From NCBI GenBank assembly GCA_963695225.1, contig OY968762.1, positions 928,001-992,000 of the forward strand: 64,000 nucleotides of DNA. Direction: 5' to 3'. Below the pieces are notes generated by a model, which was not told where the DNA came from, made no database searches, and saw only the letters and a list, made by a program, of their open reading frames with translations. The translations under genes were made by a program, and so were the position numbers. Within the stretch, counting starts at the first letter, position 1. Each line of letters opens with the position of its first letter. This DNA comes from Vulcanimicrobiota bacterium. GTDB taxonomy: Bacteria > Vulcanimicrobiota > Vulcanimicrobiia > Vulcanimicrobiales > Vulcanimicrobiaceae. Positions 49,483-58,636 of this stretch are shown here, in pieces.

Positions 49483-51615
49483 ATGCCTTGCGAAACGAAC
49501 GGCGTGCGAGACGAACGGCGGATCGATGCGGCGGCGCTGCTCGTCGAGCTAGGCTTGACGCCGCGCCTGACGATCTATCTCGGCAGCGCGCCGGGCGCCG
49601 GGAAGACGTACCGCTTGCTGACGGATGCGCTGCGCGAAGCGCGAGCCGGGCGCCGCGTCGGCATCGGGTGGATCGAGACGAAGGGCCGGCCGGACCTCGA
49701 CGCGCTCGCGGCACCGCTGCGCCGCATTCCGCCGCGCCGCTTTGCGGCCGGAGAGACGAGCCTCGAGGACTTCGACCTCGAGGCGGCGCTCGCGAGCGAT
49801 TGCGAAACGATCGTCCTCGACGAGCTCGCACACTCGAACCCCGCCGGCGCCCCGAACGCGAAACGCTGGCAGGATGCGCTCGCGCTCCGCGAAGCGGGGA
49901 AGTCCGTCCTCGGAGCATTCAACGTGATGCACCTCGACACGGTCGCGCCCGTCGCCGAGCGCATCGTCGGGTATCCCGTCCGCGAGCTGATACCGATGAC
50001 GTTTCTGCGCCGCGCGGATCGCGTGATCGCGCTCGACATCGCGCCGTCGGTCCTCGAATCGCGGCTGCGCACGGGCCGGATCGTCCGCAGCGAGGACGTC
50101 GACCGCGCGGCGGCGGGGATCTTCGCTCCCAAGAACCTGCAGATGATGCGCGAGCTGCTGCTGCGCACGGTCGACGAACTCACGATCCCGGTCGTCGCGC
50201 CGAGCAAGGTCTCGACGGCGCTCGCGGTCGTCGCCGAAAACGCCGACCCCGTCCCCCTCCTGCGGCGGGCGGCGGCATTCGCCGAAGCGCTCGATCTCGC
50301 GCTCGAGACGACCTCGCTGGAAGGGCGCAACGACGTTGCGTTCGAGGCAGCCGCGCTCCGGGCGGAGGCAGGACGGATCGCGCCGCCGCCCGGATTGGCG
50401 CGCGGGGACCTCTCGCAGGTCCGGGCTTCGCTCTTGATCGTGCCGCGCGGCGCGCTGGCCGAACGCATTCTCGCGCACCCGCTCGACCGAGACCTGCTCG
50501 TCGCCGACCCGGCGCGCCCGCCGCTCCGCCCGGTGTACGAGAACGCCCGGAATCCCTACGGCACGGCGCTCGCCGATCGCATGCGCATCGGGTTCGGAAA
50601 GCTGACGATCTATCTCGGCGCCGCCGCCGGCAGCGGGAAAACGTACGCGATGCTCGATCGCGCGCACCAGATGCGCGAAGAGGGCGTCGATGTCGTCGCT
50701 GCGCTCGTCGAGACGCACGGCCGCGCCGAAACCGCCGAAAAGCTCGCCGGCCTCGAGACGCTCCCGCGCCTGCCGAACGGCGAGCTCGACGTCGAGGCGG
50801 TGCTGCGGCGCAAGCCCGCGGTCGCGCTGATCGACGAGCTGGCGCACACGAACCTCACCGCGGGGGCCCGCATCAAGCGTTACGACGACGTCTTCGCCGT
50901 TCTCCGCGGCGGGATCGACGTGATCACGACGCTCAACGTGCAGCACTTCGAGGGCGTCGGCGACGCGGTCGAACGCCTGACCGGAACGCGCGTCCGCGAG
51001 ACGCTCCCCGACAGCGTCCTCGAATTCGCCGACGAAGTCGTCTTCGTCGACGTCACGCCCGACGTGCTGCGCGAACGCTTGCGCGAGGGGAAGATCTATC
51101 CGAAGGAGCGCATCGACGCGGCGCTCGCGAACTTCTTCCGCACCGAGAACCTCGCCGCTCTCCGCGAATTGACGGTCCGCGAGCTCGTGCACGCGCGCTC
51201 GATTGCCAAACGCGAACAGCCGTTCGCGCGCATCGTGCTCGGCGTCTCGCCGCGCGAACGCGACGCGGCGCTGATCCGGCGCGTCGGACGCCTCGCGCAA
51301 CGGCTCGATATCGATTTCAAAATCTTCTGCGTCCTGCCGCGGGCGTCGGCTGAGTTCGACCTCGCCTTAAAGACCTTGGGCGACGCGGCGAAAGCCGTCC
51401 GCGGCTCGCTCGCCGCCGAGGCGGCGCCGAACGCACCGCTGCACATCGCCGGGAAGCTTCTCGACGGCGACGTCTTGGCCGTCGAATCGCCGCGCAAACC
51501 CAAGACGCTGTTCGGAAAGCGCTCGTTCGCCGTGCGCGCGCTCGCCGCCGGCGTGCGCGAGTTGCTCGTGCTCGTGCCGCGCGAAGCGGAGCCGCGCCCC
51601 GTCGAACAAGACTGA
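49483..51615 (+). CDS. Soluble tandem KdpD N-terminal protein (KdpD-Usp-KdpD-Usp), no TM or kinase domain
   Basis: Two copies of LTIYLG(S/A)A(P/A)G(A/S)GKTY, DELAH(S/T)N, NVxH, VRE and NL..REL; start 49483 or 49504. Confidence 0.85.
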   Translation: MPCETNGVRDERRIDAAALLVELGLTPRLTIYLGSAPGAGKTYRLLTDALREARAGRRVGIGWIETKGRPDLDALAAPLRRIPPRRFAAGETSLEDFDLEAALASDCETIVLDELAHSNPAGAPNAKRWQDALALREAGKSVLGAFNVMHLDTVAPVAERIVGYPVRELIPMTFLRRADRVIALDIAPSVLESRLRTGRIVRSEDVDRAAAGIFAPKNLQMMRELLLRTVDELTIPVVAPSKVSTALAVVAENADPVPLLRRAAAFAEALDLALETTSLEGRNDVAFEAAALRAEAGRIAPPPGLARGDLSQVRASLLIVPRGALAERILAHPLDRDLLVADPARPPLRPVYENARNPYGTALADRMRIGFGKLTIYLGAAAGSGKTYAMLDRAHQMREEGVDVVAALVETHGRAETAEKLAGLETLPRLPNGELDVEAVLRRKPAVALIDELAHTNLTAGARIKRYDDVFAVLRGGIDVITTLNVQHFEGVGDAVERLTGTRVRETLPDSVLEFADEVVFVDVTPDVLRERLREGKIYPKERIDAALANFFRTENLAALRELTVRELVHARSIAKREQPFARIVLGVSPRERDAALIRRVGRLAQRLDIDFKIFCVLPRASAEFDLALKTLGDAAKAVRGSLAAEAAPNAPLHIAGKLLDGDVLAVESPRKPKTLFGKRSFAVRALAAGVRELLVLVPREAEPRPVEQD

Positions 51616-51628
51616 CGCAGACGCGAGG

Positions 51629-52264
51629 TTAGATCAGGCCGCGGCGCAACGCGACGACGGCGGCTTGCGTCCGGTCGGCGGCGGCGAGCTTCTCGAGAAT
51701 GTCCCGGATGTGCCCCTTGACGGTGCCGAGCCCGATGTAGAGGGCGCCCGCGATCTCTGCATTGCCCTTTCCGGCGGCGATCATGCGCAGGATTTCCGTC
51801 TCGCGCTCGGTCAGCGGCGAAACGGCCTGCATCCTCCGTGCTGCTCCGAGGTGCCGCATCACGACGTGCGCGATCTTCGGATCGAAGAACGCGCCGCCGT
51901 CGGCCGCGGTGCGGACGGCGGCGACGATCAGCTCGGGTCGCGAACTCTTGAGCGAGTAGGCGTCCGCGCCCGCCGAGAGCGCGGCGAGCACTTCCTCCTC
52001 CAGATCGTGCATCGTGAGGATCGCGACGCGCGTAGCCGGCACGGCGGTGCGGACGCGGCGCGTCAACTCGATACCGTCGATGCCCGGCAGCCCGAGATCG
52101 ATGACGGCGACGCTCGGGCGCTCCTTGACGATCGCCTCGAAGCCGGCGAGGCCGTCGTCGGCCTCGGCGACCACGCGGAACCCGCCGGCCTCCAGTGCCG
52201 TGCGCAGCCCCGCCCGCGTCAGCGCGTGATCCTCGACGATGACGACGGTGCGCGGCTCGTTCAT
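51629..52264 (-). CDS. NarL/LuxR-family response regulator
   Basis: VEDH, DLGLPGIDG; LTERETEIL..GKGNAEIA..TVKGH LuxR HTH. Confidence 0.92.
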   Translation of the reverse strand: MNEPRTVVIVEDHALTRAGLRTALEAGGFRVVAEADDGLAGFEAIVKERPSVAVIDLGLPGIDGIELTRRVRTAVPATRVAILTMHDLEEEVLAALSAGADAYSLKSSRPELIVAAVRTAADGGAFFDPKIAHVVMRHLGAARRMQAVSPLTERETEILRMIAAGKGNAEIAGALYIGLGTVKGHIRDILEKLAAADRTQAAVVALRRGLI

Positions 52265-53853
52265 CGGCGTACCGCGCCGCCCGCCGGAAGCTCCGCCGCG
52301 GCTTGCGGCAAGCGCAGCGCGAACGTGCTTCCGCCGCCGGTGCGCGGCGAGAAACGGACCTCGCCGCCGTGACTCTCGGCAATGCGCCGCACGATATAGA
52401 GGCCGAGCCCGGAACCCGCGCCCCGGCCGCCGCCGCCGACGACGCGCTGGAAGAGCTGCGGCCGCGCGGCTTCGGGTACTCCGTAGCCGGTATCCTCGAC
52501 GCTCAATTCGGCCGCCCCGTCGCGCACGGCGGCCCGCACCACGATCGCGCCTCCGGCCGGCGTCCAGGCCAGCGCGTTCGCGACGAGGTTGACGAGCGCG
52601 CGGCGCAGCTCCGGGGGATCCGCGAGTACGGCCACGCCGTCGTCCGCTTCGAGCAGCACTTCCAAGCCCTTGCTGCGAGCGAGCACGTCGAGTTCCGCGA
52701 CGACGTCGCGCGCCACGTCCGCGAGTTCGACGCGTTCGCGGCGCGTCGACCGTTCCCCCGATTCGTAGCGGGAAACCAGGAGCAGCGTCTCGGCCAGCCG
52801 CTGCAGCTCGTCGTTGGATTGCAGCGTCCGCTCGAGGATCGCGCGATACGCCTCGGGCAGCGGGCCGTACGCCCCCGCGAGCGCCTGCAGTATCGTCATG
52901 CGCGCCGCGGCGAGCGGCGTGCGCAGATCGTGCGAAAGCGCGTAAACGATGTCGCGGATCACGTCGCCGCGTTCCCGCAACGCGTCGTTCGCGCGCGCGA
53001 GATCCTCGTTGCGCTCGCCGAGCTGGACGAACAACGCGGCTTGGGCCAGCGCGAGCGCCGCCTGATCGCCGTAGTACGCGAGCCCCTCGGCGAAGGTCGC
53101 CTCGAACGGCTCGTCCGCGCGCAACAGCACGAGGACGCCGAAGATCCGATCGTGCTCGACGAGCGGCGCGGCGATCGCATGCGAGTAGCCGAACGCTCCG
53201 AGCAAGAGCCGCCCGAGCGCATCCCCCGCACCGATCGGAACGATCGCGCGATCTTCCGCGACGCGCGACAGTAGTGAGAGCACCGCGGGCGCGGGCCGGT
53301 CGCGCGAGTACTCGACCTCGCCGGAAGGCGTACTCGCGTACGTCACCGGGGCATCGCTGCTCGGCTTGTACGCGTAGAACCTGGCCGCGTCGACGCCGAG
53401 CGAGACGATCGCTTCCCGGACGATCGCGCGTTCGATCAGCTCGACGTTGACGGAGCTACGAATCGCCTCGACCGCGCGCCGCAGCGTGCGTTCGCGCGCG
53501 GCGCGTTCCTGGCGCGCGGCGAGCTCCCCCGCCTGCCGGGCGGACTGCTGCGCCGCAATGCTCAAGCCGCCGACCAGCAAGAACGAGAACCCCGCGATCA
53601 CGCGATCCCCGATCGCGATCGTCTCCCAGCGATAGCCGTCGGCGACGCCGTTCAGATAGCCCGCCGTGACGTTCGCAACGAGCGCGAGGCCGACGAGGAT
53701 CCGCGTGAAACGCGGATCGACCGCCAAGCTGCTGAGCGCGATCGGCCCGTTGAGCAGGATGGCGGCGACGAAGAGTTGCGGCGTGAAGAGGTCGAGGCCC
53801 CACGCTCCGACGAGGAGCCCGACGCACGCCGGGCGGATCCATCGGCCAGGCAC
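52261..53853 (-). CDS. Sensor histidine kinase (TM-GAF-HisKA-HATPase)
   Basis: About 4 N-terminal TMs; GAF-like APLV..FGVL; SHDLRTPL, NLVANA, DTGYG and GLGL boxes. Confidence 0.9.
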   Translation of the reverse strand: MPGRWIRPACVGLLVGAWGLDLFTPQLFVAAILLNGPIALSSLAVDPRFTRILVGLALVANVTAGYLNGVADGYRWETIAIGDRVIAGFSFLLVGGLSIAAQQSARQAGELAARQERAARERTLRRAVEAIRSSVNVELIERAIVREAIVSLGVDAARFYAYKPSSDAPVTYASTPSGEVEYSRDRPAPAVLSLLSRVAEDRAIVPIGAGDALGRLLLGAFGYSHAIAAPLVEHDRIFGVLVLLRADEPFEATFAEGLAYYGDQAALALAQAALFVQLGERNEDLARANDALRERGDVIRDIVYALSHDLRTPLAAARMTILQALAGAYGPLPEAYRAILERTLQSNDELQRLAETLLLVSRYESGERSTRRERVELADVARDVVAELDVLARSKGLEVLLEADDGVAVLADPPELRRALVNLVANALAWTPAGGAIVVRAAVRDGAAELSVEDTGYGVPEAARPQLFQRVVGGGGRGAGSGLGLYIVRRIAESHGGEVRFSPRTGGGSTFALRLPQAAAELPAGGAVRR

Positions 53854-53915
53854 GTCCGTGCGCTTCGCTGCCCGTGCGCCAACATCCGCGCCCCGCCGGC
53901 CAGCTTACGCCGCCG

Positions 53916-54554
53916 CTATCTGCCGGCGCCGTCCAGTGCGAGGTTGAGTTCGAGCACGTTGACGTGCGGCTCGCCGAGGAAGCCGAGTTGGCGCTCCCGC
54001 ACCTGCGCGGCGACGATCGCGCTCACCGCCGCAGGCGACATACCCCGCGCCTTGGCGACGCGCGGCACTTGATAGAACGCGGCTTCGGGCGTGATGTCCG
54101 GATCGATGCCGCTCGCGCTCGAGGTGACGAGGTCCATCGGTATCGGGCCGGTCGCGTCGGGGTTCGCCTTCTTCAGCGCGGCGATCGCAGCGCGCGTGGC
54201 ATCGATGAGCTTCTTGGAGGTCGGCGCGAGGTTCGTGCCGCCCGTCGACGTCGGATCGTACCCCTTCCCCGCTGCAGACGGGCGGCCTTGGAAGTACCGC
54301 GGTTTCGACCAAAGCTGCCCGACGATCTGCGAGCCGGCCGGTTTGCCCCCCACGAAAACGAGCGAACCGGCGGCTTGCCGCGGGAAGAGCAACTGTGCGA
54401 TCCCGGTCATGGCGAGCGGATAGACGATCCCGAGCAGGATCACCGTCACCACCGTGTACGCGACGGCCGTGCCCAAGTGGCGGAGCGTGGAATCGTTCGA
54501 GCGCTCCCGGGGCGTTTCGGGAATGCGCCCGTCGATGGTCAGCGAGCTTTTCAT
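53916..54554 (-). CDS. kdpC: K+-transporting ATPase subunit C
   Basis: YFQGRPSA, SASGIDPDI and VNVLELNLALD motifs. Confidence 0.95.
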   Translation of the reverse strand: MKSSLTIDGRIPETPRERSNDSTLRHLGTAVAYTVVTVILLGIVYPLAMTGIAQLLFPRQAAGSLVFVGGKPAGSQIVGQLWSKPRYFQGRPSAAGKGYDPTSTGGTNLAPTSKKLIDATRAAIAALKKANPDATGPIPMDLVTSSASGIDPDITPEAAFYQVPRVAKARGMSPAAVSAIVAAQVRERQLGFLGEPHVNVLELNLALDGAGR

Positions 54555-54561
54555 GATGTCC

Positions 54562-56649
54562 CTACGTGAGGTGCAGCGCGGCGAGAATGAGGTCGATGAG
54601 CTTGATCCCGGCGAAGGGCACGAGGATCCCGCCGAAACCGTAGATCAGCACGTTGTCGCGCAGCACGGCGTTCGCACCGCGCGGCTTGTAGGCGACGCCC
54701 CGGAGCGCGAGCGGGATGAGCGCGATGATGATCAGCGCGTTGAAGATGACTGCCGAGAGGATCGCACTCTGCGGCGTCGAGAGGTGCATGACGTTCAGCT
54801 CGTTCATCTCCGGATAGGCGACGGCGAACATCGCGGGGAGGATCGCGAAATACTTCGCGACGTCGTTCGCGATTGAGAACGTCGTCAGGGCGCCGCGGGT
54901 CATCAGCAGCTGCTTGCCGATCTCGACGATCTCGATCAACTTCGTCGGGTCCGAATCGAGATCGACCATGTTGGCCGCTTCCTTGGCAGCCTGCGTCCCG
55001 GAGTTCATCGCGACGCCGACGTCCGCTTGCGCGAGTGCGGGAGCGTCGTTCGTGCCGTCGCCCGTCATCGCGACGAGACGCCCCGCGAACTGCTCGCGCT
55101 TGATCAGCGACATCTTCGTCTCCGGCGTCGCCTCGGCGAGGAAGTCGTCGACGCCCGCTTCGCGCGCGATCGCGCTCGCGGTGAGCGGATTGTCGCCCGT
55201 GACCATGACGGTGCGGATGCCCATCGCCCGCATGCGGTCGAAGCGCTCGCGCATATTCGGCTTGAGGATGTCCTTGAGGTGGATGACGCCCAGCACCGTC
55301 GCGTCGCGGGCGAGCAGCAGCGGCGTTCCTCCGGCGCGCGCGATTCGCTCGACTTCGGAGCCCAGGATCATCTCGTCGGTCACGGCAACGTTGCCGGCGC
55401 TCGTGCGCGAGCGGACCCACGCGCGGACCGCATCCGGCGCGCCCTTGCGAATCGCGCCGCCGTCCGGCAGATCGAGCCCGCTCATGCGCGTGTATGCGCT
55501 GAACGGCACGAACTGCGCGCCCGCCGGAACGGCGCCGTTCCCGTTCCCTCCGACGAGCCCGTCGCGTTCGGCGAGCGCGACGATCGAGCGCCCTTCCGGC
55601 GTCTCATCCGCCAGCGAGGAGTAGTACGCCGCCCGCGCGGCCTCAGCCGGTGCAATGCCGGCGGCCGGGATGATTTCGCTCGCCTGCCGGTTACCGAGCG
55701 TGATCGTTCCCGTCTTGTCGAGCAGAAGCGTGTCGACGTCGCCGGCGGCTTCGACGGCGCGCCCGCTCACGGCGAGCACGTTACGCTGCAGCACGCGGTC
55801 CATTCCCGCGATGCCGATCGCCGAGAGCAAGCCGCCGATCGTCGTCGGGATCAGGCAGACGAGCAGCGCGATCAGGACGGTCACGCTCGGCACGGTCCCG
55901 GCGTACAGCGAGAACGGTCCGAGCGTCGCGACCGCGATCACGAAGATGATCGTCAAGCCCGCGAGCAGGATGGAGAGCGCGATCTCGTTCGGCGTCTTCT
56001 GCCGAGTCGCGCCTTCGACGAGCGCGATCATCCGGTCGAGAAACGTCTCGCCCGGATTCGAGCTGATGCGCACCACGATGTGGTCGGAGAGGACGCGCGT
56101 CCCGCCCGTCACCGCACTGCGGTCGCCGCCGGATTCACGGATGACCGGCGCCGATTCGCCCGTGATCGCGGATTCGTCGACGGAGGCGGCGCCCTCGATG
56201 ACGTCGCCGTCGCCGGGAAGGAGTTCCCCCGCTTCGACGCGCACGACGTCGCCGGCACGCAGTTCCGTCGCTCCGACCGTCACGAACTTGCCGTCGACGA
56301 GTTTGCGCGCTTGCGTATCGCTCTTCGTGCGGCGCAGAAACTCGGCTTGCGCCTTCCCACGCCCTTCGGCGACGGCCTCCGCGAAGTTCGCGAAGAGCAC
56401 GGTGAACCACAGCCACACGGCGATCGCGAAGTCGAAGCCGGCGTTCTTCCCCCCCGCCAAGGCGAGATCCCGAAACAGGAAGAGCGTCACGGCGAGCGAG
56501 CCGATCAGGACGATGAACATGACGGGGTTCTTGGCCTGCACCCGCGGATCGAGTTTGACGAACGAATCCGCGACCGCGCGCGTCAGGATCGCGCGATCGA
56601 AGAGGGAGCGCGCCTTCGGGCGGCGCTCGAGACGGCTGGCCGGAATCAT
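54562..56649 (-). CDS. kdpB: K+-transporting ATPase subunit B
   Basis: TGES, DKTGT, TGDN and GDGTND motifs. Confidence 0.97.
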   Translation of the reverse strand: MIPASRLERRPKARSLFDRAILTRAVADSFVKLDPRVQAKNPVMFIVLIGSLAVTLFLFRDLALAGGKNAGFDFAIAVWLWFTVLFANFAEAVAEGRGKAQAEFLRRTKSDTQARKLVDGKFVTVGATELRAGDVVRVEAGELLPGDGDVIEGAASVDESAITGESAPVIRESGGDRSAVTGGTRVLSDHIVVRISSNPGETFLDRMIALVEGATRQKTPNEIALSILLAGLTIIFVIAVATLGPFSLYAGTVPSVTVLIALLVCLIPTTIGGLLSAIGIAGMDRVLQRNVLAVSGRAVEAAGDVDTLLLDKTGTITLGNRQASEIIPAAGIAPAEAARAAYYSSLADETPEGRSIVALAERDGLVGGNGNGAVPAGAQFVPFSAYTRMSGLDLPDGGAIRKGAPDAVRAWVRSRTSAGNVAVTDEMILGSEVERIARAGGTPLLLARDATVLGVIHLKDILKPNMRERFDRMRAMGIRTVMVTGDNPLTASAIAREAGVDDFLAEATPETKMSLIKREQFAGRLVAMTGDGTNDAPALAQADVGVAMNSGTQAAKEAANMVDLDSDPTKLIEIVEIGKQLLMTRGALTTFSIANDVAKYFAILPAMFAVAYPEMNELNVMHLSTPQSAILSAVIFNALIIIALIPLALRGVAYKPRGANAVLRDNVLIYGFGGILVPFAGIKLIDLILAALHLT

Positions 56650-58349
56650 CAGAACGTCTTCCCTTCGAGCAATTGCAGGTGCTCGACGATCGGCCCGAGT
56701 GCATCGGCCGGGAAAAACGTCAGCGCACCGACGATGACAATGACGCCGAGCAAGAGCACGACGAACGTAGGCGAGGACGTGCTGAACGTGCCGACTGTCG
56801 CGGGGACGCTCTTCTTCCCCGCCAGCGAACCGGCGAGCGCGACAGCCGGCACGATGAACAGGAACCTCCCGCAGATCATCGCGACGCCCGTCAAGAGGTC
56901 GAGGAACGTGTTCCCGCCGATGCCCGCGAACGCGCTGCCGTTGTTCTCCGTCGTCGACGTGAACATATAGAGGATCTCGGAGAAGCCGTGCGCCGCGCTG
57001 TTGCCGAGCGTCGCAACGCCGGGCGGCACCAGCACGGATATCGCGGTCGGAACGAGCGCGAATACCGGGAGCACGAGCGCCCCGAGGATCGCGAGCTTCA
57101 CCTCGCGGCTCTCGATTTTCTTGCCGAGATACTCGGGCGTGCGGCCGACCATCAGCCCTGCGATGAACACGGTCAGCACGACGAAGAGGATCATCCCGTA
57201 GAGCCCGGTACCGACGCCGCCGAAAACGATCTCGCCGAGTTGCATGTTCACGAGCGGAACGAGCCCGCCGAGCGGCGTGAAGGAATCGTGCATCGAGTTC
57301 ACGGCGCCGGTCGACGTATCGGTCGAGATCGTGCCGAACAGCGCCGAGGCCGCGGCCCCGAAGCGGACCTCTTTCCCTTCGAGGTTCGGGCCCGGCGCGC
57401 CGAGCGCGTGAACGATCGGGTTACCGGCCGCCTCGAAGGCGTACGCCGTGGCGAATCCGCCGGCGAACAGCACGCTCATCGCGGCGAACAGCGCCCAGCC
57501 TTGACGTTGGTCCTTCACGTAGCGGCCGTAGACGTACGTCAGCCCGGCGGAGATGCCGAACATCGCGAGCATCTCGAGCAGATTGCTGAGTGCGGTCGGA
57601 TTCTCGTTCGGCGAAGCCGCGTTCGCGTTCACGAAGCCGCCGCCGTTCGTGCCGAGTTCCTTGATGATCTCCTGCGAGGCCATCGGGCCGCCGGTGATCG
57701 ATTGTTTGAAACCTTCGAGCGAGGAGACGTCGAGGTACGGATGGAGATTCTGAGGCATCCCCTGCCACACCAGCGCGAGCCCGCCGACCACGCTCAACGG
57801 AATCAAGACGTAGAGGAGCGCGCGCGTCAGATCGACCCAGAAGTTCCCGAGACCCTTGCCGTCGGTGCGCGCGACGCCGCGGATCACCGCCACCGCCACC
57901 GCGATGCCGGCCGCCGCCGAGACGAAGTTGTGCCAGGCCAGGCCCGCCATCTGCGAGAGATAGCTCATCGTGCTCTCGCCCGAGTAGAACTGCCAATTCG
58001 TGTTCGTCATGAAACTGACGGCCGTGTTCCAGGCGAGGTCCGGCGCGAGGTTGTCGAAGCCTTGCGGATTGAACGGGAGCCACTTCTGCGTTCTCAACAG
58101 CACGTAGAGATAGAGCAGCCCGACCAAGCTGAAGGCGAAGAGCGCGAACAGGTAACCGGAGGCCGTCATCTCCTTTTCAGGATCGATGCGGCAGATGCGA
58201 TAGAACGCACGCTCGACGGGCACGAACGCCGGCGAAAGCCAAGTCCGCTCGCCCGCAAAGACGCGCGCCATGTAGGCCCCGAGCGGCTTCGTCAACGCGA
58301 GGATCAACGCGAAGAACACGCCTGCTTGGAGCCAGCCGTAGATGGTCAC
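56649..58349 (-). CDS. kdpA: K+-transporting ATPase subunit A
   Basis: [24 protein letters not shown] and NNGSAFAG motifs. Confidence 0.97.
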   Translation of the reverse strand: MTIYGWLQAGVFFALILALTKPLGAYMARVFAGERTWLSPAFVPVERAFYRICRIDPEKEMTASGYLFALFAFSLVGLLYLYVLLRTQKWLPFNPQGFDNLAPDLAWNTAVSFMTNTNWQFYSGESTMSYLSQMAGLAWHNFVSAAAGIAVAVAVIRGVARTDGKGLGNFWVDLTRALLYVLIPLSVVGGLALVWQGMPQNLHPYLDVSSLEGFKQSITGGPMASQEIIKELGTNGGGFVNANAASPNENPTALSNLLEMLAMFGISAGLTYVYGRYVKDQRQGWALFAAMSVLFAGGFATAYAFEAAGNPIVHALGAPGPNLEGKEVRFGAAASALFGTISTDTSTGAVNSMHDSFTPLGGLVPLVNMQLGEIVFGGVGTGLYGMILFVVLTVFIAGLMVGRTPEYLGKKIESREVKLAILGALVLPVFALVPTAISVLVPPGVATLGNSAAHGFSEILYMFTSTTENNGSAFAGIGGNTFLDLLTGVAMICGRFLFIVPAVALAGSLAGKKSVPATVGTFSTSSPTFVVLLLGVIVIVGALTFFPADALGPIVEHLQLLEGKTF

Positions 58350-58359
58350 GATGCAGCTC

Positions 58360-58455
58360 CTAAAACTTTTCGGGACGCAGCAGCGCGTACGTCAAGTACG
58401 CGAGGCTGAGCGCGGCAAGAGCCAGGCCTAGGGCATAATCGAACGTCGCCGCCAT
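58360..58455 (-). CDS. kdpF: KdpF peptide
   Basis: Translated by hand: MAATFDYALGLALAALSLAYLTYALLRPEKF, with the YLxYALLRPExF signature. Confidence 0.9.
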   Translation of the reverse strand: MAATFDYALGLALAALSLAYLTYALLRPEKF

Positions 58456-58457
58456 TT

Positions 58458-58550
58458 TCAGATACGCTCGCAAGCCCGCGTGTACGCGTCGAAGACCGCA
58501 AACGCGAGCAACGTGAGGCCGAGAACCGTAAGCTCCAGCAAGATCATCAC
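58458..58550 (-). CDS. Second small hydrophobic peptide of the kdp operon
   Basis: Translated by hand: MMILLELTVLGLTLLAFAVFDAYTRACERI; ends 2 nt before kdpF; TAGGAT 7 nt upstream of the GTG. Confidence 0.7.
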   Translation of the reverse strand: MMILLELTVLGLTLLAFAVFDAYTRACERI

Positions 58551-58636
58551 GCGCCGAATCCTAGCAACCCGGCGCCCCCTGCGACAGCCGCCGAACGGAT
58601 GATCCGCTCGGACACGCCCCATGCGGCAGGCTGCGG

